Part shown: positions 46,170 through 57,922 of the stretch, one piece after another
How positions within the stretch are numbered: the first letter of the stretch is position 1
Layout of the letters: the number at the start of each line of letters is the position of its first letter
NCBI GenBank assembly: GCA_014584695.1
Contig: JACTMI010000008.1
Location: 15,333 to 79,332, forward strand
Direction of reading: 5' to 3'
DNA length: 64,000 nucleotides
Source: Acidobacteriota bacterium
GTDB taxonomy: Bacteria; Acidobacteriota; Thermoanaerobaculia; Multivoradales; JAGPDF01
Notes under the pieces: generated by a model
What the model was told of the DNA's origin: nothing
What the model saw: the letters and a program-made list of their open reading frames with translations, nothing else
The model's database searches: none
Made by a program: the position numbers and the translations under genes

Positions 46170-48503
46170 ATGGGCGCCATCGAGAGAGTCGGCGTCCTCG
46201 GAGCCGGCGTCATGGGAGCCGGCATCGCCGCCCACGTCGCCAACGCCGGCATTCCGGTCGTGCTGCTCGACATCGTGCCCGCGGGCGCGACCGACCGGAA
46301 CGCCCTCGCCAACGGGGCGCTCGAGAAGCTCAAGAAGGCGAAACCGGCGCCGCTCATGTCGGCGTCCTTCGCCCGGCGCATCACCCCGGGAAACCTCGAG
46401 GACGACCTCGGCCTGCTCGCCGACTGCGACTGGATCGTCGAGGCGGTGGTCGAGCGCGTGGACGTCAAGCAGGCGGTCTACCGCGCCGTCGACGCCGTCC
46501 GCAAGCCGGGCTCGATCGTTTCGACCAACACTTCGACCATCCCGCTGGCCAAGCTGGTCGCGGGCACCCCCGCCGGCTTCGCCGCCGATTTCCTGGTCAC
46601 CCACTTCTTCAATCCCCCCCGCTACATGCGGCTGCTCGAGCTGGTCACCGGTCCGGCGACCCGGACGGATGCGGCCGCGGCGGTGCGCGGCTTCTGCGAT
46701 CACCGCCTGGGCAAGAGCGTGGTCGTGTGCAAGGACACGCCCGGTTTCATCGCCAACCGGATCGGCACCTTCTGGATCGAAGCGGCGACCCGCGAGGCGC
46801 TCGCGCTCGGCCTGACGGTCGAGGAGGCCGACGCGGTGGCCGGCAAACCGTTCGGCTTTCCGAAGACCGGGGTCTTCGGCCTGATGGACCTGGTCGGCAT
46901 CGACCTCGGCCCACACATCGCCGCCTCGCTGCTGGCGACGCTGCCGGCCGACGACGCCTACCGCGCGATCCACGAAGATCGCGAGCTGATCCGGAAGATG
47001 ATCGCGGCGGGGTTGACTGGCCGCAAGGGCAAGGGGGGCTTCTACCGCCTCGACATCTCGGGTGGACGGAAGGAGAAGCTGGCGATCGATCTCGCCACCG
47101 GCGAGTACCGGCCGCAGCGCGAGGCGCGGCTGGCCAGCTTGGCCGCGGCCAGGAGCGGCGGGCCCCGCGCGCTGCTCGAGCACCCGGACCGCGGCGGCCG
47201 TTATGCCTGGGCCATGCTCTCGCGGACGCTCGCCTACGCGGCGTCGCTGGTGCCGGCGATCGCCGACGAGATCGCCGCCGTCGACGAGGCGATGCGCTGC
47301 GGCTACAGCTGGGATCTCGGTCCCTTCGAGCTGCTCGACAAGATCGGTCCCGCCTGGTTCGCCGGGCGGCTCGCCGCCGAGGGGAGGCCGGTGCCGCCGC
47401 TGCTCGCCGCGGTCGGCGCGGGGAGCTTCTACCGGGTCGAGTCGGGCCGGCTCGAGCAGCTCGCGCCCGACGGGAGCTACCGCGAAGTCCGCCGCCCCGA
47501 CGGCGTCCTCCGGCTCGCCGATCTGGCGCGCGCCGGGAAGCCGGTCGCGAAGAACTCCTCGGCCAGCCTCTGGGATCTCGGCGACGGCGTCCTCTGCCTC
47601 GAGTTCCACACCAAGATGAACGCCCTCGAGGAAGGGGTGCTGCGGCAGCTGGCCAAAGCGCTCGGCCTGATCGACGGCACGCGTTTCCGCTCGCTGGTGA
47701 TCCACAACGAGGCCAGCAATTTCTCGGTCGGCGCCAACATCGGCATCGCGCTCTTCGCCGCCAACGTCGGGCTGTGGCCGGAGATCGAAGCGACGATCGC
47801 CGCCGGTCAGGAGACCTTCCGCGCCCTGAAGTACGCGCCTTTCCCGGTGGTCGGAGCGCCGGCCGGCATGGCGCTCGGTGGCGGCTGCGAGATCCTGCTC
47901 CACTGCGACGCGGTGCAGGCGCACGCCGAGACCTACATGGGTCTGGTCGAGGCGGGGGTCGGGGTGATCCCGGGCTGGGGCGGCTGCAAGGAGATGGTCA
48001 CCCGCTGGCAGACGAACCCGAAGCGCCCGGGCGGGCCGATGCCCGGCGTCGCCCAGGTCTTCGAGACCATCTCGACCGCCAAGGTCTCGACCTCGGCGGA
48101 AGAGGCTCGCGAGCTGCTCTTCCTGCGCCCGGGCGACGGCATCACCATGAACCGCGACCGCCTGCTCGCCGACGCCAAGGCCAAGGCACTCGAGCTCCTC
48201 GCCGCCGGCTACCGGCCGCCGGCGCCGGTCGAAATCTCGCTGCCCGGCCCGGCCGGGCGCGCAGCGCTCGACATGGCGGTGGCCGGCTTCCGCGCCAGCG
48301 GCGCGGCGACGCCGCACGACGTGGTGGTGGCCGGCCGGCTCGCCCGCGTCGTCACCGGCGGCGATACCGACCCGACCGAGAGCGTCACCGAGGACGACCT
48401 CTCCCGCCTCGAGCGCGAGGCCTTCCTCGAGCTCGTCCGCACGCCGGCGACGCTGGCGCGCATCGAACACATGCTGGAAACCGGCAAGCCCCTCCGGAAC
48501 TAG
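46170..48503 (+). CDS. Bifunctional 3-hydroxyacyl-CoA dehydrogenase (N-terminal) / enoyl-CoA hydratase (C-terminal) fatty-acid oxidation protein
   Basis: NAD-binding VGVLGAGVMGAGIA; 3HCDH HFFNPPRYMRLLE; the C-terminal crotonase fold (VIHNEASNFSVGANI, VVGAPAGMALGGGCEILLHCD). Confidence 0.85.
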   Translation: MGAIERVGVLGAGVMGAGIAAHVANAGIPVVLLDIVPAGATDRNALANGALEKLKKAKPAPLMSASFARRITPGNLEDDLGLLADCDWIVEAVVERVDVKQAVYRAVDAVRKPGSIVSTNTSTIPLAKLVAGTPAGFAADFLVTHFFNPPRYMRLLELVTGPATRTDAAAAVRGFCDHRLGKSVVVCKDTPGFIANRIGTFWIEAATREALALGLTVEEADAVAGKPFGFPKTGVFGLMDLVGIDLGPHIAASLLATLPADDAYRAIHEDRELIRKMIAAGLTGRKGKGGFYRLDISGGRKEKLAIDLATGEYRPQREARLASLAAARSGGPRALLEHPDRGGRYAWAMLSRTLAYAASLVPAIADEIAAVDEAMRCGYSWDLGPFELLDKIGPAWFAGRLAAEGRPVPPLLAAVGAGSFYRVESGRLEQLAPDGSYREVRRPDGVLRLADLARAGKPVAKNSSASLWDLGDGVLCLEFHTKMNALEEGVLRQLAKALGLIDGTRFRSLVIHNEASNFSVGANIGIALFAANVGLWPEIEATIAAGQETFRALKYAPFPVVGAPAGMALGGGCEILLHCDAVQAHAETYMGLVEAGVGVIPGWGGCKEMVTRWQTNPKRPGGPMPGVAQVFETISTAKVSTSAEEARELLFLRPGDGITMNRDRLLADAKAKALELLAAGYRPPAPVEISLPGPAGRAALDMAVAGFRASGAATPHDVVVAGRLARVVTGGDTDPTESVTEDDLSRLEREAFLELVRTPATLARIEHMLETGKPLRN

Positions 48504-48526
48504 ACCCGACTCGAGGAGCGACCATC

Positions 48527-50317
<1,791 letters not shown>

Positions 50318-50372
50318 CGGGCTTCGAGACCCACGCCCCTTCGCGGCGCCAGCTTCGAACTCCGCACAAAAT

Positions 50373-50418
50373 GGGGACAGGCACGTAATAAGTATTGCGT
50401 GCCTGTCCCCGTTTCTCG
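50373..50418 (+). terminator. Rho-independent terminator hairpin, potentially bidirectional
   Basis: ggggacaggcacg-taataagtattg-cgtgcctgtcccc (13-bp perfect stem) followed by gtttctcg. On the opposite strand it is preceded by attttgtg (U-rich). It lies 56 nt after the ACAD stop. Confidence 0.7.
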
Positions 50419-50554
50419 CGGAGGAAGAACCGCGAAGCGCCGGCCTCGCTGGTGCGGCTCCACTCGAGGACGCACCTGTCGCCCTCGCCTCGCCGGACAC
50501 GAGCCCGGCTTTTCCATTCTCTGGAGCTTCTTGGAGGCCGCGAGGCCGAGGCAG

Positions 50555-50600
50555 CTTCGTTTCCGCGAGGAGAAGCTCCATCGAAGGAAAGACCACTACA
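50555..50600. repeat. Solitary copy of the repeat-family core (cgaggagaagctccatcgaaggaaag) with an upstream inverted partner (ctggagcttcttgg)
   Basis: Matches the AGAAGCTCCAT(T/C)GAAGG core of loci 1-3. It lies in a ~490-bp non-coding gap between convergent genes. Confidence 0.5.
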
Positions 50601-50909
50601 GAGCATCCGCAGCGGATCACGGGAGCCCTGGCCTTGGCCGCGACCTCGGCCGCGACCGAGGCTGCGCTCGACCTCCGTTGCCACGCCGAGGCCGCCGCGC
50701 AGCGCCGCGCCACCTCTGCCACGGTGGTCACGATCTGGGCTGTTCTCTTCTAGGGCGCTTTTCTGACGTCGCCACCCCGATGCAGTTCAGCACCTGCGCG
50801 GTGACACCCCCTGGACGGAAGCGATCTCCATCCAGGGGGGAACGGCGGCCTCGCGGGCGCGGGTGTGGGGTGAGGGTGGTCGGCCGCTCTCTCGACGCGC
50901 GCGCCCGGT

Positions 50910-53291
50910 TCAGGGCTTGGGCTCTCCCGGCAGCCAGCGGATCAGGGCGGGCACGAGGACCAGGGCGGCCACCATGTTCATGACGAACAGGAAGCAGAGC
51001 AGGATGCCCATATCGGCCTGGAACTTGAGCGGCGAGATGATCCAGGTCGACACCGCCAGCCCGAGCGTGACGCCGGTGAACAGCACGCCGTTGCCGGTTA
51101 TCTCGAGCGCCTTCTGGTAGACGAGCTTGACGTCGGCGTGGGTGTGGAACAGCGAGCGGAAGCGGCTGTAGATGTAGATGCCGTAGTCGACGCCGATGCC
51201 GACCCCGAGCGCCACCACCGGCAGCGTGCCGACCTTGAGGCCGATCTCGAGGAACGCCATCAGCGCGTAGGCGAGCAGCGACACCAGCGAGAGCGGGATC
51301 AGGATGCACACCGCCGCGCGGATCGACCGGAACGTGATGATGCACAGCAGCGCCACCGCCCCGAACACCCACGCCAGCATCGGGAACTGGGCCGCGCTCA
51401 CCGCCTCGTTGGTCGCCGCCATGACGCCGACGTTGCCGGTGGCGAGCTGGAACGACACCTCCGAGTTGCCGTGCGTGGCCTCGAACCGCTTGACCTCGGC
51501 GACGATCTCGTTGATGGTGTCGGCCTTGTGATCGCGAGTGAACAGCATCACCGGCATCACGCTGCAGTCGGAGTTGAGCAGCCCGCTCGAGGTCGGCACG
51601 TAGGCCACCGACTGAGTCAGCACCGATTCGTTGCGGGAGAGCTCCCGCCACTTCAGGCTCCCCTCGTTCCAGCCCGCGCCGATGACCTTGGCGACGCCGG
51701 GCAGGTCGAGCGTCGACTGCACGCCCTCGAGGTTCGCCATCCGCCACGAGAACTCGTCGATCGTGGTCATCACGGAGTGGTCGACGCAACCCTCGGGCCG
51801 GCTCACCGAGATGACGTTCAGGATGTCGACCCCGATCGAGAAGCGCGAAGTCACGACGTCGGTGTCACGGTTGTAGCGCGACTCGGCCCGCAGCTCCGGC
51901 ACGCCGCGGTGCAGGTCGCCGATCTTGACGTCGTTGCTCTTCCACCAGCCGAAGACGAACAGCGCCAGCGCCACCAGCACGATGGCGAGCGCCGGCTTGC
52001 CGTCCGCGACCACCGAGAAGCGCCGCCACAGCCGCTCCATGTGCCGCGCGCGCCGGTGCAGCTTGTCGCGGTAATTCGCGCGGTACTTGACGAACGAGAG
52101 GATGACCGGCAGCAGGATCAGATTGGTGAGCAGGATCATCGCCACACCCAGGCTCGCCGAGACGGCGATCTCCTGGATGACGCGAATCTCGATCACCAGA
52201 ATGGTCAAGAAGCCGATCGTGTCGGTCAGGAGCGCGATGCCGCCGGGCACCAGCAGGCGCCGAAAAGCCTTTCGCGCGGCCTGCTCGGGCGTGGCGCCGT
52301 CGAAGATCTCGGAGCCGCTCGCGCTCACCATCTGCACGGCGTGGCTGACCGCGATCGCCGGCACCAGGAACGGCACCAGGATCGACATCGGGTCGATGCC
52401 GAAGCCGAGCAGCGGCAGGAGACCGAGCTGGAAGACCACCGCCACCAGCGCGCTGGTCAGCACCGCGACCGCCAGCCGCAGCGATTGGGCGTAGAGGGCG
52501 ACCAGGACGCCGGCCAGCAGCAGCGCGATGCCGAAGAACATCAGCACGCGCCGGACGCCGTCGGCGATGTCGCCCATCACCTTGGCGAAGCCGATGATGT
52601 GGACGGTCACCGCCGAGCCGGGCACGAACTCGGCGTCGAACTGCTGGCGCACCTTCTCCTCGAGCCGGGACGAGACCTGCAGCGGGTCGAGCTTCTCGCC
52701 CGTGGTCGGGTCGACCTCGAGCAGTTGGGCGCTGATGATCGCGCCGCTGAAGTCGTTGGCCACCAGCCGGCCGACGATGCCCGCCTTGAGGATGTTGCGG
52801 CGCACCGCCTCGAGCCCCTCCTCGGTGGGCTCGAAGTCGTCCGGGATGACGTTGCCGGCGGCGATGCCGTCCTCCACCACCTCCGTGTAGCGGACGTTGG
52901 GGGTGAACAGCGACTGCACACGGCTACGGTCGACACCGGGCAGGAAGAAGACCTCGTCGGTGGCCCGCTTGAGCGCGTCGAAGAACTCCGGCGTGAACAT
53001 CTCGCCGTCCTTCGCGATCAGCGCCACCAGCACCCGGTTGGCGCCGCCGAACTCCTCCTGGTACTGCAGGAAGGTCGACATGTAAGGGTGCTTGAGCGGC
53101 AGCAGCTTGGTGAAGCCGGCGTCGATGCGCAGCCGCGAGGCCGACCACCCCATGACCACGGTCGCGAGCGCGAACAGCACCAGCACCGTGGCCCGGTGGC
53201 CGAAGATCAGGCGCTCGAGGAAGACACCGAAGCTCCCGCCGTTCGGGGCGCGCTCGGAGGCCTGCTCGGGACCCGGCGTCGGACCGCTCAT
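50910..53291 (-). CDS. RND-superfamily exporter of the MMPL/HpnN-like type (793 aa)
   Basis: Two 6-TM bundles, each preceded by a large periplasmic domain. No AcrB-type motif; typical MMPL architecture. The start overlaps the upstream stop (ATGA). Confidence 0.8.
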   Translation of the reverse strand: MSGPTPGPEQASERAPNGGSFGVFLERLIFGHRATVLVLFALATVVMGWSASRLRIDAGFTKLLPLKHPYMSTFLQYQEEFGGANRVLVALIAKDGEMFTPEFFDALKRATDEVFFLPGVDRSRVQSLFTPNVRYTEVVEDGIAAGNVIPDDFEPTEEGLEAVRRNILKAGIVGRLVANDFSGAIISAQLLEVDPTTGEKLDPLQVSSRLEEKVRQQFDAEFVPGSAVTVHIIGFAKVMGDIADGVRRVLMFFGIALLLAGVLVALYAQSLRLAVAVLTSALVAVVFQLGLLPLLGFGIDPMSILVPFLVPAIAVSHAVQMVSASGSEIFDGATPEQAARKAFRRLLVPGGIALLTDTIGFLTILVIEIRVIQEIAVSASLGVAMILLTNLILLPVILSFVKYRANYRDKLHRRARHMERLWRRFSVVADGKPALAIVLVALALFVFGWWKSNDVKIGDLHRGVPELRAESRYNRDTDVVTSRFSIGVDILNVISVSRPEGCVDHSVMTTIDEFSWRMANLEGVQSTLDLPGVAKVIGAGWNEGSLKWRELSRNESVLTQSVAYVPTSSGLLNSDCSVMPVMLFTRDHKADTINEIVAEVKRFEATHGNSEVSFQLATGNVGVMAATNEAVSAAQFPMLAWVFGAVALLCIITFRSIRAAVCILIPLSLVSLLAYALMAFLEIGLKVGTLPVVALGVGIGVDYGIYIYSRFRSLFHTHADVKLVYQKALEITGNGVLFTGVTLGLAVSTWIISPLKFQADMGILLCFLFVMNMVAALVLVPALIRWLPGEPKP

Positions 53292-54262
53292 GGCTCACCT
53301 CCGATTCGCCTGACGCCGCCTTCGCCGAAGAGCATCAGCTCTCGGCCGTCGCGGCGCGCGAGCACCGCCGAGGCGCCCTTGTTGTCCGGTAGCTCCTCGC
53401 CGCGGAAGGTGCGGCCGCCGTCCGAGCTCCTCAGCACGGCACCGGCGAGGCCGACCACCGCGATGCGCCCGCCGCCGAGATCGACGGCGTCGGTGAGGGT
53501 CGCGACCGTCCCGGTCTCGACCGCCGTCCAGGTCCCGCCCCGGTCTTCCGAGCGGAACAGGTTGCCGCGCAGGCCGAAGGCGAGCAGCGCGCCGTCCTCG
53601 AGCGGCTGCATGCCGAAGAAGGAGCCGATGTAGGGGGACTCGAGGCGCCGCCAGCTCTCGCCACCGTCGCCCGAGTGGTAGAGGTTGCCCGCTTCCGCCG
53701 CCAGGTACAGATCGCTACCGACCGCCGCGACGTGGTTGAGATGGAAGTCGTCTTCTTCGATCCGGCTCTCCGCCCAGCTGTCGCCACCGTCCGCGGTGGC
53801 GAGGATCACGCCATAGGCGCCCACCGCCAAACCCCGGTTCTCGTCGGCGAACCAGACATCGAGCAGCGGCCGCTCGTTGTCGGGTTCGTGGCGGACCCGC
53901 TCCCAGGTCGTGCCGCCATCGCGCGTGCGGAGAATCGTTTCGTCGTGGCCGACCACCCAACCGAGCCGCTCGTCGTGCATCCAGACGGCGGTCAGCAGGG
54001 CGCGCGAGGGGACTCGCGCCTGGCTCCAGCTCGCGCCGTCGTCGCGCGAGAGCAGGACGTGGCCGCGCTCGCCGACCGCGACGACGAGATCGCCCCGGCG
54101 GACGGCGTCGACCAGCAGCGAGGCCGCCGCGAGGGGCGCCGGGATCGACCACTCGCCTTCGGGAATCGGCTCCTCGGCCCGGACCGGCGCGCCATCGAGC
54201 GCTCCGCCTCCGAGGGCGAGCGCCAGGGACAGGACAGGGGAAAGAGCGAGGCGGGCGCTCAT
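53288..54262 (-). CDS. BNR/Asp-box repeat beta-propeller protein (Ycf48-like photosystem II stability/assembly factor homolog), secreted
   Basis: 324 aa from MSARLALSPVLSLALALGGGA. Six SxDxGxTW-type Asp-boxes (SRDDGASWS, TRDGGTTWE, TADGGDSWA, SGDGGESWR, SEDRGGTWT, SSDGGRTFR). Confidence 0.8.
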   Translation of the reverse strand: MSARLALSPVLSLALALGGGALDGAPVRAEEPIPEGEWSIPAPLAAASLLVDAVRRGDLVVAVGERGHVLLSRDDGASWSQARVPSRALLTAVWMHDERLGWVVGHDETILRTRDGGTTWERVRHEPDNERPLLDVWFADENRGLAVGAYGVILATADGGDSWAESRIEEDDFHLNHVAAVGSDLYLAAEAGNLYHSGDGGESWRRLESPYIGSFFGMQPLEDGALLAFGLRGNLFRSEDRGGTWTAVETGTVATLTDAVDLGGGRIAVVGLAGAVLRSSDGGRTFRGEELPDNKGASAVLARRDGRELMLFGEGGVRRIGGEP

Positions 54263-54339
54263 CGGACGCGCCCGCCTCGAACGAAAGCTCCCCTCGCGGG
54301 GGGCCGGCGTCGGCCGGCCGGCCCCCGACGAGGCGCGGT

Positions 54340-55698
54340 TCAACGCACGCCCTCTCGACGCAGCGCGTCGGGGGTGTAGTCGGCTTCGGTCCGCTTGATG
54401 TTGAAGTCGTGCGGCGGGTTCTCGCTGAACAGCGCCATCACGAGGTAGCGGCCGGCCTGCAGGTCGACGTGCGACTCCGCCGAGGTCCACACCGCGGGCA
54501 CGTTGTAGAAGTTCATGACGTGACCCTCCGAGACCCGCCAGAGCTGGTCGCGGTTGTCGTACTGGTCGACCAGCAGGATGTGCCAGCTGTCCTCGTCGAC
54601 GTAGAAGGTGCGGCGCTTGTAGACGTGGCGCTCGTTCGGCTTGAGCGTCGCGTCGACCACCCAGACCCGGTGCAGCTCGTAGCGCAGCAGGTCGGGGCTC
54701 ATGTGCAGCGGGGTCAGGATGTCCTTGAACTTCACCGACGGATCCTGCAGCTTGTAGGCGTTGTAGGGGACGTAGATCTCCTGGCGGCCGACGAGCCGCC
54801 AGTCGTAGCGGTCCGGCGCGCCGTTGAACATGTCGAGCTGGTCGCTGGTGCGCATGTTGTCGGCCGCCGTGCCCGGGTTGTCGTAGGCGACCTGGGGCGC
54901 GCGCCGGACGCGGCGCTGGCCGGGGTTGTAGAGCCAGGCGTCGCGCGGCTGGGTGACCTGGTTCAGGGTCTCGTGCACCAGCAGGATGCCGCCCGCCAGC
55001 CGCGCCGGCGAGGTCACTTCCTGCTTGAACAGCGCGACGCGATTGCGCAACGCCGCTTCGGTCATCCCCGGCAAGTGGTAGAGGAGCATGGTCTCCTCGT
55101 CGAACTGCACCATGGTGTACTGGCCGCCGCGCGTCGGCGCCGCCTGGGCGACCTTGCGCAGGACGGTGTCGCCGCGGTAGCGCAGCAGATGGTTCCAAAT
55201 CACCTGCACGCCCTCGGTCGGGATCGGGAACGGGATGCCCGCGAGCGCGCCGGTGACGCCGTTGCCGCCGGGCGCGAGCTGCGCCGTGCCGGCGATGGCC
55301 TTGGTCGCGTCGTAGATGCGCTGCGGCACGGCGGCGCTGCGCCGCGTCGGGTAGATGTTCATCTTGAACGACGGATAGGTCGCGAGCATCGCCTTGTGCC
55401 CTTCGGAGAGCTTGGCGGCGTGGGCGCTCGCGTTCTTGCCGTCGATCGTGACCACGATCTTGTCGGCGGCGTAGGGGTCGACGTAGTGCTTGCCCGGCAC
55501 GTAGCCCGCGGGCGGCTGGGTGATGCCGCCCTCCCAGGCCGGGATGCTGCCGTCGGCGTTGGCGGCCTTGATGCCGCCGAGCGGCGTCAGCTCGGTGCCG
55601 AGCTTGGCGACTTCGGCGGGCGGCAGCGCGGCGAACGCGAGGCCCGCGAAGGCGAGCACCGCGGAGGAGAGGATCAGCCGGGAAACTCGGTTGCGCAT
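54340..55698 (-). CDS. DUF1329 family (LolA-like) periplasmic protein
   Basis: 452 aa with a signal peptide. A conserved family layout (…YDWRLVGRQEIYVPYNAYKL…RVWVVDATLKPNERHVYKRRTFYVDEDSW…). Confidence 0.7.
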   Translation of the reverse strand: MRNRVSRLILSSAVLAFAGLAFAALPPAEVAKLGTELTPLGGIKAANADGSIPAWEGGITQPPAGYVPGKHYVDPYAADKIVVTIDGKNASAHAAKLSEGHKAMLATYPSFKMNIYPTRRSAAVPQRIYDATKAIAGTAQLAPGGNGVTGALAGIPFPIPTEGVQVIWNHLLRYRGDTVLRKVAQAAPTRGGQYTMVQFDEETMLLYHLPGMTEAALRNRVALFKQEVTSPARLAGGILLVHETLNQVTQPRDAWLYNPGQRRVRRAPQVAYDNPGTAADNMRTSDQLDMFNGAPDRYDWRLVGRQEIYVPYNAYKLQDPSVKFKDILTPLHMSPDLLRYELHRVWVVDATLKPNERHVYKRRTFYVDEDSWHILLVDQYDNRDQLWRVSEGHVMNFYNVPAVWTSAESHVDLQAGRYLVMALFSENPPHDFNIKRTEADYTPDALRREGVR

Positions 55699-55711
55699 GG
55701 GATGTCTCTCC

Positions 55712-57547
55712 TCAGAAGGAGTACTTGACGTTGGCCGCGACGAAGTCGCGATCGTTGATCAGGTTGTACCGCCCGGCGCCCATGTACTGGGTGTAGGACA
55801 GGTCCCACTCGAGATTGATCCGGTACTGGAAACCGAAACCGATGGTCAGCGCCTTGCGGCCGTCGATGAAGTTGCCGCCCGGGCCCGGCGAGATGCCGTC
55901 GACGTCGTGCGCCCAGGAGAAGCGCGGCGACAGGTTCACCGGTCCGAAGGCGTTGTTGTAGTCGAGCCGCCCGGCGATCACGTAACCCCAAGCCGTGTCG
56001 GTCGGGAAGGCCGAAGCGGGCTCGGTGCCGGGTTGGACGCCGGCCTGCTGGTGGATCGGGTTGCCGCTGGTGTAGGTGCCGGGAGCCTCGAGGCGGAGGA
56101 CCGACTGCGCCGGCAGGTCGTGCACCTTGCTCCAGCCCGCTTCGCCGACGAGCACGAACTGGTCGGCGCCGAAGGCGCGGGCGAAGACCTTGGTCGCGGT
56201 CAGCTGCACCTGGGTGGTGTCGAAGCGGCGGTAGCCGGCGATCTCCTCGCTGAACCCGAAACCGCCCAGCTGGCCGGTCGAGGCGAGCAGGCCGCCGAGC
56301 TGGCGCAGTGGCGCGAGTTGGGGAATCGCGGGCAGCAGCCGCAACGGCGACAGCGCGGCGTAGAGCAACTCGACGTCGTCGACCTGGAGCGGCACGTCCT
56401 GGCGGTGCGATACCTCGCCCTGGAGCGCGATGCCGCTGCCGCCGAGCTGGGCATTGAAGCTCAAGCCGCAGAGCGAGATGTCCTCGGGGTACTCGAGGAA
56501 GTACTGGGCGGTGGCGGCATAGTTGCCTTGCGCCAGGATCCCGGCCGCGGTGCCGGTGCGGGCCATGATCACCGGCAAACGGCTGTTGTAGGAGAGGTAG
56601 TAGAGGCCGAACTCGGTGCCGCCGAGACCGGGCGCGAAGAGGCGGAAGGCGGCGCCGTACTGGCCGCTGTCGCCAGCCTCGCGGTTGGGACCGCGCGGGA
56701 CCGCGACGCCCACCGGATTGCCCGGGATGTTGAAGCCCACCGGAATCGAGTCCGGCGCGGCGCCGAAGCCGAGCATCACCTTGGTGGCGCCCTCGCCCGC
56801 CAGGTCGGTGGCGCTGAAGTAGCTGCCGACCGGGTCGATCTTGGTCTCCTCCCAGTCGAACTGGTAGTAGGCCTCGAACGAGGTGTTGTCGGAGGGCTTC
56901 AGCGAGACGAGGACCGCGCCGACCGGCAGCAGCGCGTCGCGCAGCTCCGAGCCGGGGACGCGCAGGGCGGAGACGTCGACCGGGTTGATGGCGTTGATGC
57001 CGCCCTGGATGAAGGTGCTTTCGCCCCAGTTGATGACCTGGCGCCCGGCGCGGATCTCGGCCGGTCGCGGGCCCAGGTTGAAGCGGTACCAGAGGAAGGC
57101 GTCGCGGATCTCGGCGCGGCTGCCGACCCGCTCCTTGGCCTCGTCGGAGAGCGGCGTGCGCGCCCGGTCCCCCTTCTCGTTCTCGTGGTCGTAGAAGGCG
57201 AAGCCGCGCACGAAGCCGCCGAAGCCCTTGTAGCTGAACTGGAACTCACTCGTCCACTTGACCGCGTTGCTGGCGATGCCGGTCTCGTAGTTCTGGTTGC
57301 CGTCGTCGCCGTTGACCGAGAAGGCCGTGCCGCCGGCGGCGCGGCCGATGATCCGTGGATCCGGGTCGTCGAGCCGGTAGAGCAGGCCGTAGGAGAGGGT
57401 GTTACCCCAGCTCCACTTGAAGTCGCCCTGCTGGCCGCCGACCGCTGCGACCGGCGCGGCACAGAGAGCGACGAGGGCGAAGAGGGCGAGGAGCGGCGCC
57501 GCGCGCCCGCGCCGCCTGAGGACTGCGTTCTGGACCGGCTCGTTCAT
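55712..57547 (-). CDS. DUF1302 family outer-membrane beta-barrel-like protein
   Basis: 611 aa from MNEPVQNAVLRRRGRAAPLLALFALVALCAAPVAA. Alternating amphipathic beta-strands; C-terminal ...AANVKYSF (a terminal aromatic typical of OMPs). Confidence 0.7.
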   Translation of the reverse strand: MNEPVQNAVLRRRGRAAPLLALFALVALCAAPVAAVGGQQGDFKWSWGNTLSYGLLYRLDDPDPRIIGRAAGGTAFSVNGDDGNQNYETGIASNAVKWTSEFQFSYKGFGGFVRGFAFYDHENEKGDRARTPLSDEAKERVGSRAEIRDAFLWYRFNLGPRPAEIRAGRQVINWGESTFIQGGINAINPVDVSALRVPGSELRDALLPVGAVLVSLKPSDNTSFEAYYQFDWEETKIDPVGSYFSATDLAGEGATKVMLGFGAAPDSIPVGFNIPGNPVGVAVPRGPNREAGDSGQYGAAFRLFAPGLGGTEFGLYYLSYNSRLPVIMARTGTAAGILAQGNYAATAQYFLEYPEDISLCGLSFNAQLGGSGIALQGEVSHRQDVPLQVDDVELLYAALSPLRLLPAIPQLAPLRQLGGLLASTGQLGGFGFSEEIAGYRRFDTTQVQLTATKVFARAFGADQFVLVGEAGWSKVHDLPAQSVLRLEAPGTYTSGNPIHQQAGVQPGTEPASAFPTDTAWGYVIAGRLDYNNAFGPVNLSPRFSWAHDVDGISPGPGGNFIDGRKALTIGFGFQYRINLEWDLSYTQYMGAGRYNLINDRDFVAANVKYSF

Positions 57548-57922
57548 GGAGACCCCCAATGCTCGGGAAGATGCGCTGGCCCTCGAGCGCGGACCAGCGG
57601 GCTGGCAGCGGAACGTAACGGCGACTTCCACGCACCGACCCCGCTTCGTCGCGGCCTCTCGAGGTCGCGGCGGCGGATCGGAAAATCGTCGTGCGCGTCG
57701 ACCGGGCTCGCGCCCGGTTCGACCCAAGCTGGAAGCTCATCCCTGGCAAGGACTCCTGTCCGGGAACCTAGCGACCCGGCTCGTCCCCTCGCGCCATCGC
57801 ATGAGGCGGGGACATCCTACCCGCAGGGGTGGCGCGACGGAAAGCAAGGTGTGACCGCCGGGTCTCCCGCCCGAGCCGGCGCCGGGCCGGGCGCGAGCCG
57901 GGTGGTGAGAAGATCGGTGGCG

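Noticed and set aside
57590-57620. Sigma54-type promoter (tggcagcggaacgtaac / tggcaaggactcctgtcc) in the DUF1302 upstream region
   Set aside because: The GG-N10-GC spacing and TTGC element are not satisfied, and the orientation does not match the nearest gene start.
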